Shown here piece after piece: positions 53,588-64,000 of a stretch of 64,000 nt of DNA. The translations under genes and the position numbers were made by a program. The DNA lies in contig CBDFFH010000039.1 of assembly GCA_965246715.1 (NCBI GenBank), forward strand, positions 32,001 to 96,000, given 5' to 3'. The notes below the pieces were generated by a model. That model saw only the letters and a list, made by a program, of their open reading frames with translations. It was not told the origin of the DNA and did no database searches. Each line of letters starts with the position of its first letter. Position 1 is the first letter of the stretch. This DNA comes from Chamaesiphon sp. Lineage in GTDB: Bacteria; Cyanobacteriota; Cyanobacteriia; Cyanobacteriales; Chamaesiphonaceae.

Positions 53588-56500
53588 ATGTTCACTAACG
53601 TCAAGTCCACCATTAGACATATAGCTCCCGATGACATTCGGGGTAGACAGTTGTTAAAGGTGGTCTATGTCGTATTAGAGCCACAGTATCAGAGTTCGCT
53701 ATCTGCCGCTGTGAAAGCCATTAACGACCACAACCCCAAAGTCGCGATCGAAATTAGTGGCTATCTCTTAGAAGAACTCCGCGATCCCGAAAACTACGCT
53801 GGATTGCAGCGCGATATGGAAACGGCAAATATCTTCATCGCTTCATTGATTTTTATTGAAGATTTAGCCGAAAAAGTTGTTGCAGCGGTAGAACCTCATC
53901 GCGACAAATTAGATGTATCCGTAGTATTTCCCTCGATGCCAGCCGTGATGCGGTTGAGCAAAATGGGTAGTTTCTCCCTTGCCCAATTGGGTCAATCCAA
54001 AAGTGCGATCGGCGAGTTCATGAAAAAGCGCAAAGCTAAAGCTGGCGCGGGTAGCTTCCAAGATGGAATGCTCAAGTTATTAAATACCCTGCCGAATATT
54101 CTCAAGTATCTGCCAATGGAGAAAGCGCAAGATGCGCGCAACTTCATGTTGAGTTTTCAATACTGGCTTGGTGGTACTCCAGAGAATTTGGAAAACTTCC
54201 TGCTGATGTTGGCCGATCGATATGTCTTTAAGGAAGAAGACACGCTTAATTCCACTGACTCTGCCGGGGAAATCAAATACCAAGATCCCGTCACTTTTCC
54301 CGACATGGGGATCTGGCACCCCCTCGCGCCACAGATGTTCGAGGATTTGAAAGAGTATCTGAACTGGTACAACAGTCGCCGCGATGTCTCGGACGACCAT
54401 AAAGATCCGCTGGCACCTTGTATCGGTTTGGTATTGCAACGCACTCACATCGTTACTGGCGATGCAGCGCACTATGTGGCAATGGTACAAGAATTGGAAG
54501 CGATGGGCGCACGCGTCGTTCCCGTCTTTGCTGGCGGACTAGACTTCTCCAAACCTTTAGAAGCCTACTTCTTCGACCCACTCAAAAAAGATAGTGCGAT
54601 CGTCGATGCAGTCATTTCCCTGACTGGATTTGCCCTCGTTGGTGGCCCAGCACGTCAAGATCACCCCAAAGCGATCGATGCCCTCAAACGGTTGAATCGT
54701 CCTTATATGGTGGCGTTACCGCTAGTCTTCCAAACTACTGAAGAATGGGAAGATAGCGATCTCGGTCTCCATCCGATTCAAGTTGCGCTCCAAGTGGCTA
54801 TCCCTGAACTAGATGGTGCGATCGAACCGATCGTTTTATCCGGACGCGATGGGATGACCGGACGCGCGATCGCCCTCCAAGATCGGGTTGAAGCGATCGC
54901 TGGACGTGCGATGAAATGGGCAAACCTGCGCCGCAAGCCGAAATTAAACAAAAAAGTGGCGATTACCGTCTTTAGTTTCCCCCCCGATAAAGGAAATGTT
55001 GGTACTGCCGCTTATTTAGATGTCTTTGGCTCCATCTTTGAAGTGATGAAAGCCATGAAGCAGAACGGCTATGACTTGCCAGAATTGCCAGCCACATCCA
55101 AAGAATTGATGGAAGCCGTCATCCATGATGCCCAGGCGCAATATAATAGCCCTGAGTTAAACGTCGCCTATCGGATGTCTGTCGATGAGTACGAAGCTCT
55201 GACTCCTTACTCCGAAAAACTTCATGAAAGCTGGGGGCCGCCACCAGGAAACCTCAATAGCGACGGTCAGAACCTCGTTATTTACGGCAAACATTTCGGT
55301 AATCTATTCATTGGGATTCAGCCCACCTTCGGTTATGAAGGCGACCCGATGCGGTTGTTATTCTCCCGTTCGGCTAGTCCGCACCATGGTTTCGCCGCTT
55401 ACTATACCTACCTGGAAAAAGTTTGGGAAGCTGATGCTGTCCTGCACTTCGGTACCCACGGTTCGCTCGAATTTATGCCTGGGAAGCAGATGGGCATGTC
55501 GAATGAATGCTTCCCTGACAGTTTGATTGGGAATATTCCGAACCTCTACTATTACGCCGCGAACAATCCCAGCGAAGCAACGATTGCCAAACGTCGTTCC
55601 TATGCCGAAACTATTTCCTACCTGACCCCTCCAGCGGAAAATGCTGGTTTATATAAAGGCTTGCAAGAACTCGGCGAACTCGTCGGTTCGTACCAATCGC
55701 TCCGAGATAGCGGACGTAGCATTCAAATCGTCAATACGATTATGGACAAAGCGCGGATTTGCAACCTAGATAAAGATGTCGAACTCCCCGATATCGATGC
55801 TAGCACGATGAGCCAAGAAGACCGCGATAATATCGTTGGTTCGGTCTATCGTCGCTTGATGGAAATCGAATCGCGTCTCCTGCCTTGTGGTTTGCACGTC
55901 GTTGGTAAGCCACCCACCGCCGAAGAAGCGATCGCAACTCTAGTTAATATCGCATCACTCGATCGAGAGGAGGAAGGTATTAAAGGTCTACCTCGGATTA
56001 TTGCTGAAGCACTCGGCCGCGATCTCGAGCAGATCTATCAAAGTAACGATCGCGGTATCCTCGAAGATGTCCAACTGTTGCAAGATATGACCCTCGCCGT
56101 CCGCGAAGCGGTCGCGGCCCTCGTCAAAGAGCAAGTCAACGCCGAAGGTCGGGTGTCTCTCGTCTCTAAGTTGAATTTCTTCAACATGGGTAAAAAAGAA
56201 CCTTGGGTCGAATCCCTCTATGCTGCGGGTTATAAAAAAATCAACCTCGAAGAAATCAAAACCCAGTTTGAGTACCTGGAATTCTGCCTCAAACAAGTCT
56301 GTGCCGACAACGAACTCGGCGCGTTGCTGCAAGGCTTAGAAGGCGAATATGTCCTCCCAGGGCCAGGTGGCGACCCCATCCGTAACCCCGATGTCTTACC
56401 CACAGGGAAGAACATGCACGCCCTCGACCCGCAATCTATCCCTACTGAAGCAGCAGTTAAATCTGCCAAAGTAGTGGTCGATCGCTTACTCGAACGGCAG

Positions 56501-57592
56501 ATGCGCGATAATAACGGCCAATATCCCGAAACGATCGCTTGCGTCCTTTGGGGTACCGACAACATTAAAACCTATGGCGAATCTCTAGCCCAAATCATGT
56601 GGATGGTCGGCGTAAAACCCGTACCCGATGCTCTCGGCCGGATCAATAAGCTCCACATGATTCCCCTCGAAGAACTCGGTCGTCCGCGCATCGATGTTGT
56701 GATCAACTGTTCCGGTGTCTTCCGCGACCTGTTCATCAACCAGATGAACCTGCTCGACCAAGCCGTAAAAATGGCCGCCGAAGCCGACGAACCGCTAGAA
56801 ATGAACTTCATCCGCAAACACGCCCTCGTACAAGCCGAAGAGATGGGAATCAACCTCCGCCAAGCCGCCACCCGTGTCTTCTCGAACGCTTCCGGTTCCT
56901 ACTCCTCCAACATCAACCTCGCGGTGGAAAACGGCACCTGGGAAAACGAATCCGAACTTCAGGAAATGTACCTTGGACGCAAATCCTTCGCATTCAGCGC
57001 GGACAATCCAGGGACGATGGAGCAAAGTCGCAAAATCTTTGAAACCACCCTCAAAACCGCTGAAGTCACTTTCCAGAACCTCGATTCCTCAGAAATCAGT
57101 CTGACCGACGTATCCCATTACTACGACTCAGACCCGACTAAAATCGTCGCTAGCCTCCGCGATGACGGCAAACAGCCTACCTCATTCATCGCCGATACCA
57201 CGACCGCCAACGCTCAAGTCCGCACCCTCTCCGAAACAGTCCGCCTCGACGCACGGACGAAACTACTCAACCCGAAATGGTATGAAGGGATGCTCAGTCA
57301 TGGTTATGAAGGTGTCCGCGAACTCTCGAAACGGTTGGTGAATACCAGCGGTTGGAGTGCGACAGCGGGCGCAGTAGATAACTGGATTTATGAGGAAACC
57401 AATGACACATTCATCAAAGATGAGGAAATGTGCAAACGGCTGATGAATCTCAATCCAAATTCGTTCCGCAAGATTGTCTCGACGCTATTAGAAGTCAATG
57501 GTCGCGGTTATTGGGAGACGAGTGAGGAGAATCTTGATAAGCTCCGTGAAATGTATCAAGAGGTCGAAGACCGAATTGAAGGTGTTGAGTAG
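53588..57592 (+). CDS. chlH: Magnesium chelatase subunit H
   Basis: [25 protein letters not shown]. Confidence 0.97.
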   Translation: MFTNVKSTIRHIAPDDIRGRQLLKVVYVVLEPQYQSSLSAAVKAINDHNPKVAIEISGYLLEELRDPENYAGLQRDMETANIFIASLIFIEDLAEKVVAAVEPHRDKLDVSVVFPSMPAVMRLSKMGSFSLAQLGQSKSAIGEFMKKRKAKAGAGSFQDGMLKLLNTLPNILKYLPMEKAQDARNFMLSFQYWLGGTPENLENFLLMLADRYVFKEEDTLNSTDSAGEIKYQDPVTFPDMGIWHPLAPQMFEDLKEYLNWYNSRRDVSDDHKDPLAPCIGLVLQRTHIVTGDAAHYVAMVQELEAMGARVVPVFAGGLDFSKPLEAYFFDPLKKDSAIVDAVISLTGFALVGGPARQDHPKAIDALKRLNRPYMVALPLVFQTTEEWEDSDLGLHPIQVALQVAIPELDGAIEPIVLSGRDGMTGRAIALQDRVEAIAGRAMKWANLRRKPKLNKKVAITVFSFPPDKGNVGTAAYLDVFGSIFEVMKAMKQNGYDLPELPATSKELMEAVIHDAQAQYNSPELNVAYRMSVDEYEALTPYSEKLHESWGPPPGNLNSDGQNLVIYGKHFGNLFIGIQPTFGYEGDPMRLLFSRSASPHHGFAAYYTYLEKVWEADAVLHFGTHGSLEFMPGKQMGMSNECFPDSLIGNIPNLYYYAANNPSEATIAKRRSYAETISYLTPPAENAGLYKGLQELGELVGSYQSLRDSGRSIQIVNTIMDKARICNLDKDVELPDIDASTMSQEDRDNIVGSVYRRLMEIESRLLPCGLHVVGKPPTAEEAIATLVNIASLDREEEGIKGLPRIIAEALGRDLEQIYQSNDRGILEDVQLLQDMTLAVREAVAALVKEQVNAEGRVSLVSKLNFFNMGKKEPWVESLYAAGYKKINLEEIKTQFEYLEFCLKQVCADNELGALLQGLEGEYVLPGPGGDPIRNPDVLPTGKNMHALDPQSIPTEAAVKSAKVVVDRLLERQMRDNNGQYPETIACVLWGTDNIKTYGESLAQIMWMVGVKPVPDALGRINKLHMIPLEELGRPRIDVVINCSGVFRDLFINQMNLLDQAVKMAAEADEPLEMNFIRKHALVQAEEMGINLRQAATRVFSNASGSYSSNINLAVENGTWENESELQEMYLGRKSFAFSADNPGTMEQSRKIFETTLKTAEVTFQNLDSSEISLTDVSHYYDSDPTKIVASLRDDGKQPTSFIADTTTANAQVRTLSETVRLDARTKLLNPKWYEGMLSHGYEGVRELSKRLVNTSGWSATAGAVDNWIYEETNDTFIKDEEMCKRLMNLNPNSFRKIVSTLLEVNGRGYWETSEENLDKLREMYQEVEDRIEGVE

Positions 57593-57615
57593 CTAACTCA
57601 GTCACTCTGAATATC

Positions 57616-57645
57616 ACCCCTGTAGCCTACCCTACAGGGGTTTTT
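57616..57645 (+). terminator. Rho-independent terminator after chlH
   Basis: acccctgtag-cctacc-ctacaggggttttt. Confidence 0.75.
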
Positions 57646-57675
57646 CATTGTCATTACAGACTGCAAGCTAGATTA

Positions 57676-57885
57676 ACGTGAGTTCGGGTTAAGGATCTTT
57701 GCTTAATGACTCCTAGTTTCGTTTCTGAACCGCCCTCAAATGAATTTGCGGATGCTTTTCATGCGGAGGGAACCTCCGCATGTGTTGCTTTTAGCCCGTT
57801 GGCGAAGCCTCTCGGAACGAGACACTTATAGTTCAGGGCGGTGATTGAGCGAAGCAGATCGATTTTCCTTATCCCGAACTCACGT
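57676..57885. mobile_element. MITE, inverted relative to the 15104 copy
   Basis: same TIRs; flanking duplication tagatta. Confidence 0.85.
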
Positions 57886-58045
57886 TAGATTAAGCTCTCA
57901 TCATTAAGATGGGATTTAACCAAAGTCGGGTCACCTTTTCACCCCCCTTTTCAAACAGCCTCTGAGACTAGATCGAGGTGTGTAGATTGAGATAATCTTG
58001 GGATTTGTATGCAATATTTAACTACTATTAATTCAGCAGTAAGAT

Positions 58046-58465
58046 TTACAATCGTGAACAATTGTTGTCTCGACAACTTTTGAATTGATAATCCGAAATA
58101 TAAGTTCGATCGCGTTTCCCGAACCACTGATAGCGATTGTCACGAATCTGTAAATAACCGCGATCTCCCAACCATTTCAGGCCAGGAATCCATCGATATA
58201 GATCGATCGCTAGATCTACTCCAGGTAATAACTTGCCGATCGCTTCTGCGGCTTCACTACCCTGCCAACGTTGTGTCGGCTCGTCAGCATTTATCAACAT
58301 CATCCCCTGCTGACAATCAGCCTCAGTCACACCAAATTCTGCCAGGGTTTGCTTGTCTTGCATCGGGATATATCGAAATAAATTGCCACGATCGATCTGC
58401 TCTAACTGCTGTACGAATGTCGCACACAGATTGCAGTTGCCATCATAAATTGCATAGTAAGACAT
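58046..58465 (-). CDS. DCC1-like thiol-disulfide oxidoreductase (DUF393)
   Basis: YDGNCNLC; NRYQWFG. Confidence 0.88.
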   Translation of the reverse strand: MSYYAIYDGNCNLCATFVQQLEQIDRGNLFRYIPMQDKQTLAEFGVTEADCQQGMMLINADEPTQRWQGSEAAEAIGKLLPGVDLAIDLYRWIPGLKWLGDRGYLQIRDNRYQWFGKRDRTYISDYQFKSCRDNNCSRL

Positions 58466-58741
58466 TGGTGCTAACTGAGAAATGAAGATCGACTATAACT
58501 TTGCAGAAGTATCGAACGGTTTTTAGTTATTGTTTGTTCTATTATATCTAAATGGATATTGTTTTTCACTGATTTTGTTTGTCATTAAACATTTTTTGTT
58601 AAAATCATGCCCAATCGAAAATGCGATTGCTTGTAATACTCCGATCGATTCAGTTAAAACTACGCTAGATTGAAGTTGCGATCGATTAGGATTGCTATAG
58701 TATGCTCGATCGATAGTAAATATGGCAAATAAGAATTGATA

Positions 58742-58874
58742 GGCGTTGCTGAATTAATGTATGAAACGCACAAACAATTTTTGTAGGGGTAATGCCTCGT
58801 GCTTACCCCGCATCGATTCAGGGTACTCACAAGGGGCACCCCTACAAAAAATCATACCCATATTCAGCAACGCC
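58742..58874. mobile_element. MITE with TIR GGCGTTGCTGAAT enclosing a GTAG-REP doublet
   Basis: 13-bp TIR; 8-bp TSD aattgata; internal gtagggg...cccctac. Confidence 0.8.
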
Positions 58875-58957
58875 AATTGATAAATGTGTGTAATTACCAT
58901 AAAAATCTAAGTGGTGATTGACATAGGAGGCATTCTGTTGTTAAGGGTTAGACGACA

Positions 58958-59260
58958 ATGAGGTTGGCGGTTGCTGATGAAATGACTTTGCCCTTCGACC
59001 GGATTTCTTTGGAAATGATTTACAGAGGACTTTATCATTTCTATATAGCTCATCACAAAGGTTTAGCGAACGACCCCATTAAATATTTTTCTGCTCCTGA
59101 AAATCAAGATCTAGGTGTTGTCAAAACTATCCGCAAACCCAATGTTAAGTTGATTATTGCCCCTTTTCCTGAACATAGGCATCCTGACGACCCATTTTTC
59201 TTTGAGCCGTCTCCTTAAACTCTCTTGACAGTTAGCTTACAGGCTTAACTTGTCACCGAT
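58958..59260 (+). pseudogene. IS4-family transposase C-terminal fragment with probable right end
   Basis: LPFDRISLEMIYRGLYHF...APENQDLG; end taacttgtcaccgatg. Confidence 0.7.
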
Positions 59261-59377
59261 GCGTCCAGACTTAACTTGATGTAAATAGAGACGATCTGTA
59301 CGACAATAAATAAACGAACGGCTTGCTGACACACACGGCAATCGCCCGATCGCGACTATACGCTTTGCTTAAATTAA

Positions 59378-61837
59378 ATGTATATAGCTCTAAATTGGTT
59401 AAAAGAACTCGTAGACTGCCAACTAGATCCGGAAGAGTTGGCGAAAACCCTTACGCTAGCTGGGTTTGAGGTAGAGTCGATCGAGGATCGCAGTACTTGG
59501 GCGGATGGGGTTATTGTCGGGCGCGTCTTGACGCGGATTCAACATCCCAATGCCGATAAATTAAGCGTCTGTACCGTCGATGTTGGCGGCGAGGAACCGC
59601 TGCAAATCGTTTGTGGTGCGGCGAATGTGCGTGAGGGGATTCATGTAGCCGTGGCGACTGTGGGGACTTATTTACCGAAAGTCGATCTCAAAATCAAACC
59701 TGCGATACTCCGGGGCGAAAAGTCCGAAGGGATGATTTGTTCGCTGTCGGAAGTTGGTTTGACGAAGGAATCGGAAGGGATTCATATCTTCGGCGAAGCG
59801 GAAGATCCGGCTACTCCAGCTATCGGTACCGATGTTCGATCGCTATTAGGATTGGATGATGTGATTCTCGATCTCTCCTCTACTGCAAATCGGGCAGATG
59901 CATTGAGTATGGTGGGCATCGCGCGCGAAGTCGCGGCATTAACTGGTGGCGCGTTGAAGTTACCGACAGTTGCGGCTAGCACGATTCCCCGTCAGCCGGA
60001 ATTAACCGTTCAGGTACGCGAACCGCAAGCTTGTCCCGTTTATTCAGCGACGCTGATTCAGGGTGTCACCATCGCGCCATCGCCGGAATGGTTGCAACGT
60101 CGCTTGCAAGCGGCAGGAATTCGCCCGATTAACAATATTGTCGATGTAACTAATTACATCCTGCTGGAGTGGGGACAACCGTTACACGCCTTCGATGCGG
60201 ATAAATTGCAAACCGTGAGTGGTAGTGCCGCGATTCAAATGGGCGTTCGGTATAGTGAGAAGCAAGGGGAAACCCTCAAGACGCTAGACGGACGAGAACG
60301 TCAACTGGTCGCCCAAAATCTCATAATTACGGCTAGCAATACTCCCGTCGCCCTCGCAGGTGTCATGGGAGGCGAAACTACTGAGGTATCTGAAGGTACT
60401 CAAAATATCGTCTTAGAAGCGGCGATTTTCGATTCGGTCGCGGTGCGAAAATCGGCACGCAGTCAGGGCGGAATGAGATCGGAAGCATCGACGCGCTACG
60501 AGCGGGGTGTGAACTTAGCCGAACTGGAAATCGCTACACAACGCGCGATCGAGCTAATCGTACAACTCTCTGGTGGTAAGATTATCGCTCAGGATGTCAG
60601 CGATCGTCGCCCCGATTTCTCGCAACAGCCTCGGACGATTAAACTGCGGTTGGAGCGGTTGAATAAAATTTTGGGTGCGATCGACGATGATGGTGAAGAA
60701 GGCGAAATTACTGCCGAAGATGTCGAACGCACGCTGACGGCGTTGGGTTGTCAGTTGACAGTAGCAGAAGAAGATGTCTGGAATGTCATCGTGCCCCCCT
60801 ATCGCTATCGCGATTTGGAACGCGAAATCGATTTGATCGAAGAAGTCGCCAGATTGTATGGTTACGATCGCTTCCTCGATACGCTGCCAGCTGAATCAGC
60901 AGCGGGTTTTCTCTCCTTAGATGAGGAGTTAATGCGGATAATTCGGGCGGCTTTTCGAGCTGTCGGCTTGAATGAAGTGGTGCAATATTCTTATGCGATC
61001 GAGAAATTAAACGATGGTTCTCAAGTCGAAATTGTCAATCCGATGTTCGCCGAATATTCGACCTTGCGATCGGAATTAATCTCTGGTTTGATTCAAAGTT
61101 TCCAAACCAATCTCGCCCAAGGAAATGGCGAACTCCAAGGATTTGAAATCAGCAAAATCTTCGGACGCGACGAAGCTGGATTATTAGTCGAAGCCGATGT
61201 ATTAGCGGGCATTATGGGCGGCGATCCCGAACAGGGGCGCTGGACGACTGGTGGGAAGTCACAACCGCTCTCCTGGTATGAAGCGAAAGGGATGCTCGAA
61301 AGCGTCTTCCAGAGCTTGAAATTGCCTGTAGAGTATCACTCCGATCGCTCCGATGCTAAACTCCATCCAGGGCGCACGGCATCCCTCTGGTTGAAGGGTC
61401 AGAAACTGGGTTATTTCGGACAACTGCACCCGCAACTCCGGCAGGAGAAGGATTTACCCGCTGCGGTGTATGTGTTCCAACTCAATCTCGATCCGATCCT
61501 TAATTACCTCGCCGCTGAGGAACAACTAGTCGCGGTATTTAAAAACTACTCTAGCTATCCACCATCCGATCGCGATATTGCGTTCTTTGTCTCGGTAGAT
61601 GTCGCCGTCGCCGATATTCAAAAATCGATCGTCAAGGCTGGCGGTGAGTTATTGGAAGCTGTCGAAGTCTTCGATGAATATCGCGGTGAAAACGTCCCAG
61701 CAGGACAACGCAGTCTGGCAATTCGATCGATCTATCGCGCACTCGATCGCACTTTGGTAGATGCAGATGTGGAGCCATTACAGCAAAAGGTGCGCGATGC
61801 TCTAGTCGAGAAGTTTAATGTAACGCTACGAAGTTAA
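59378..61837 (+). CDS. pheT: Phenylalanine--tRNA ligase beta subunit
   Basis: [26 protein letters not shown]. Confidence 0.97.
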   Translation: MYIALNWLKELVDCQLDPEELAKTLTLAGFEVESIEDRSTWADGVIVGRVLTRIQHPNADKLSVCTVDVGGEEPLQIVCGAANVREGIHVAVATVGTYLPKVDLKIKPAILRGEKSEGMICSLSEVGLTKESEGIHIFGEAEDPATPAIGTDVRSLLGLDDVILDLSSTANRADALSMVGIAREVAALTGGALKLPTVAASTIPRQPELTVQVREPQACPVYSATLIQGVTIAPSPEWLQRRLQAAGIRPINNIVDVTNYILLEWGQPLHAFDADKLQTVSGSAAIQMGVRYSEKQGETLKTLDGRERQLVAQNLIITASNTPVALAGVMGGETTEVSEGTQNIVLEAAIFDSVAVRKSARSQGGMRSEASTRYERGVNLAELEIATQRAIELIVQLSGGKIIAQDVSDRRPDFSQQPRTIKLRLERLNKILGAIDDDGEEGEITAEDVERTLTALGCQLTVAEEDVWNVIVPPYRYRDLEREIDLIEEVARLYGYDRFLDTLPAESAAGFLSLDEELMRIIRAAFRAVGLNEVVQYSYAIEKLNDGSQVEIVNPMFAEYSTLRSELISGLIQSFQTNLAQGNGELQGFEISKIFGRDEAGLLVEADVLAGIMGGDPEQGRWTTGGKSQPLSWYEAKGMLESVFQSLKLPVEYHSDRSDAKLHPGRTASLWLKGQKLGYFGQLHPQLRQEKDLPAAVYVFQLNLDPILNYLAAEEQLVAVFKNYSSYPPSDRDIAFFVSVDVAVADIQKSIVKAGGELLEAVEVFDEYRGENVPAGQRSLAIRSIYRALDRTLVDADVEPLQQKVRDALVEKFNVTLRS

Positions 61838-62131
61838 CGGGAGTTCGGGTTAAAGATGTCCACTTAATGACTCCTAGCTTCGTTTCTGAACCGCCCTCAA
61901 ACGAATTAGTTGCTCATAGCAAAAGTTCGTTTCAACGAACTAATCAATTGGGCAGTTCTCTGAAGAGAACTTTTGCTATTAGCCCGAACTTATAGTTCAG
62001 GGCGGTGCTTGAACGGAGCAGATCGATTTTCCTTATCCCGAACTCACGTTAAGATACATAGTCTGCGAGGCAGACTTTGCATCATAAGCAAAGACTTCAG
62101 TGTCTAGGCTACTATTATCCCGAACTCACGT
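61837..62131. mobile_element. Compound MITE at the pheT stop codon (two right ends, 62049 and 62131)
   Basis: same TIR family; outer flanking duplication aagtta. Confidence 0.8.
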
Positions 62132-62331
62132 AAGTTAAGGTTGTGTATTAAAAAATCCCCCTTTTTAAGGGGGATTCAACGGTGCGCTCTACTCTCTGGT
62201 AAATAGCAGATAATAAAGTCCCTTACTTACATAACGATGGGTGAGGTTGTTAACCGATATTTCGAGATTGCAATTGGGGTTGCTTTCCAGGTTGCACACA
62301 GGCTCGGCGAGATCTGTCGACGACCTGTCAG

Positions 62332-63621
62332 TTACTTTTTTTGAGCTGAGCTACTACCATTCCGGGCGATCGCGACTTGTAATGTTTGGAGCGCTTTGGC
62401 ATATTGCGGATCGGCAGGAGTAGCTACTTTGCTACGATCTTTGACAAAAGTTTGGATTTGAGCCTTAGTTAACTTGACCTCAACATCTGGTTTGATCCCA
62501 GCATGATTGATATCTTTACCGCTAGGAGTATAGTACTTAGCGATCGTTACTGCCATCCCGGCACCGTCGCTCAACGGACGAACCGATTGCACCAAACCTT
62601 TCCCGAATGTCTTGGCACCTACAAGTTGAGCGCGTTTGTTATCCTGAAGGGCACCAGAAAGAATTTCACTAGCACTTGCCGAACCGCCATCAACGAGCAC
62701 GACTACTGGTTTATTGGTAATCGCAGTATGGTTGGCTGACTGGGTTTCGCCGCCGCCTTGACGAGGAACGGTAGAGACAATTTTGCCATCATCGATAAAC
62801 ATCCGCGCGATATCGATCGCACCGTAGAGCAAGCCACCTGGATTCGATCGCAGATCGAGGATATAACCGTTAGCACCTTGACCTTCGAGTTTTTGAATCG
62901 CCGCACTCATTTCTGCTGAGGCATTAGCACTAAACTGTTTGAGTCGGATATAACCGATGCCATTCAATTCTTGCGGACGGTATTTAGCTTCGACTGGGTG
63001 AATCTCGATTTGTTGGCGCAGGAGGTTGAAATCTAATACCTGACGACCATCGCGGCGGATCGTTAATTTGACCGTGGTGCCTTCTTTCCCCCGAATCAAT
63101 TGGACGGCTTTATTGACATCCATCCCTGTGGTACTTTTGCCGTCAATGCTGGTGATAATATCTTTAGATAGAATTCCTGCCTTAGCTGCTGGGGTATCTT
63201 CGATCGGGGCGATCACGATCAGTCGCTTGGTCTTTTCATCTTGGCTAAGTTGAATTCCGACCCCAATTAACTGACCGGAGGTTTCAACTTGAAGGTCCCG
63301 AAACTCTTTGGGATCCATGAAGCGGGTATAAGGATCGTTGAGGTTTTTGAGCATCAACCGAACGTTCTTATAGACCTCTTCCTTATTCTTGTAAGTTTTT
63401 TGGAGATATTGCTTGCGAATCGCCCGCCAATCTTTTTGATTGAATGTGCCATCGACATACTGGCGATCGATAATCTGCCACACTTCATCGATTACTTCCT
63501 TGGGACTATCCTTGAAGAACGCGACACCCTTGGGAAGATGAAGCCCCGCACCAGTAACTGCGACTGCTGTGAGCACTAATGCTGTGGCACCAATAACTAA
63601 CCCGTGTTTTTCGATCTTCAT
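62332..63621 (-). CDS. Carboxyl-terminal processing protease (S41, PDZ)
   Basis: DLRSNPGG, SASASE, TFGKG. Confidence 0.93.
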   Translation of the reverse strand: MKIEKHGLVIGATALVLTAVAVTGAGLHLPKGVAFFKDSPKEVIDEVWQIIDRQYVDGTFNQKDWRAIRKQYLQKTYKNKEEVYKNVRLMLKNLNDPYTRFMDPKEFRDLQVETSGQLIGVGIQLSQDEKTKRLIVIAPIEDTPAAKAGILSKDIITSIDGKSTTGMDVNKAVQLIRGKEGTTVKLTIRRDGRQVLDFNLLRQQIEIHPVEAKYRPQELNGIGYIRLKQFSANASAEMSAAIQKLEGQGANGYILDLRSNPGGLLYGAIDIARMFIDDGKIVSTVPRQGGGETQSANHTAITNKPVVVLVDGGSASASEILSGALQDNKRAQLVGAKTFGKGLVQSVRPLSDGAGMAVTIAKYYTPSGKDINHAGIKPDVEVKLTKAQIQTFVKDRSKVATPADPQYAKALQTLQVAIARNGSSSAQKK

Positions 63622-63825
63622 GATTCTGTCTAAATTAGCAGGAAAGGGAAAAAGTGGCACGATCTTATCCCTAATTTAGCACATCTTATCGACTGACTAG
63701 GGGGATGGGTAAACTGCTCGCGATCGTACCGATCGACATAGTGTCACTCTATTATAACCTACGAGGATCGGTAGCTGGGTAGCGATCCCCATCACCATTA
63801 AATGATGACGGGGATCGGTTGCCCT

Positions 63826-64000
63826 TTATACTTCTGGTTCGACCCAGCGATCGTCAGCCTTAATTAGCGCGATCAGCTCAGTCACCCCATCAGCTTCCGG
63901 AACGCGCTTAATTTCATCGCGACCGCGATAGAGCGAGATATAGCCAGGAGTTTTACCCACATAACCGTAATCGGCATCGGCCATCTCACCAGGGCCATTG
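63826..64000 (-). CDS. ispG: HMBPP synthase, C-terminal part (runs off window)
   Basis: [27 protein letters not shown]. Confidence 0.92.
   Translation of the reverse strand, partial: NGPGEMADADYGYVGKTPGYISLYRGRDEIKRVPEADGVTELIALIKADDRWVEPEV

Overview
Chromosomal window from a cyanobacterium. Very dense (T)CGATCG(A) HIP1-type palindromes suggest a Chamaesiphon-like genome (inference). Housekeeping backbone: coxBAC plus ctaA/ctaB, panB, eda, asnS, lepA, queG, a three-gene clpR/clpR-like/clpP cluster, frmA, lpdA, rpmI-rplT, ycf37, fabG, psbA, chlH, pheT, a C-terminal processing protease and partial ispG. Interspersed are a multicopper oxidase/lipoprotein/FTR1 iron-uptake operon, toxin-antitoxin modules, two LRR-DUF6745-like paralogues, two full-length ISAs1 copies, IS debris and nested miniature repeats. 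The most notable element is absent from the ORF track: a compact relic of a type V-K CRISPR-associated transposon (CAST) at about 35.26-36.01 kb. It comprises the last ~58 codons of cas12k, the 5' half of the tracrRNA, a leader, three degenerate 36-37 nt repeats, a 17-nt spacer identical to the adjacent tRNA-Thr(CGT), and a Tn7-like end with TnsB-type sites. The homing protospacer has a TTC rather than GTN PAM, and a stub of a possible second end abuts the tRNA. All family calls are from recalled motifs; no database searches were run.
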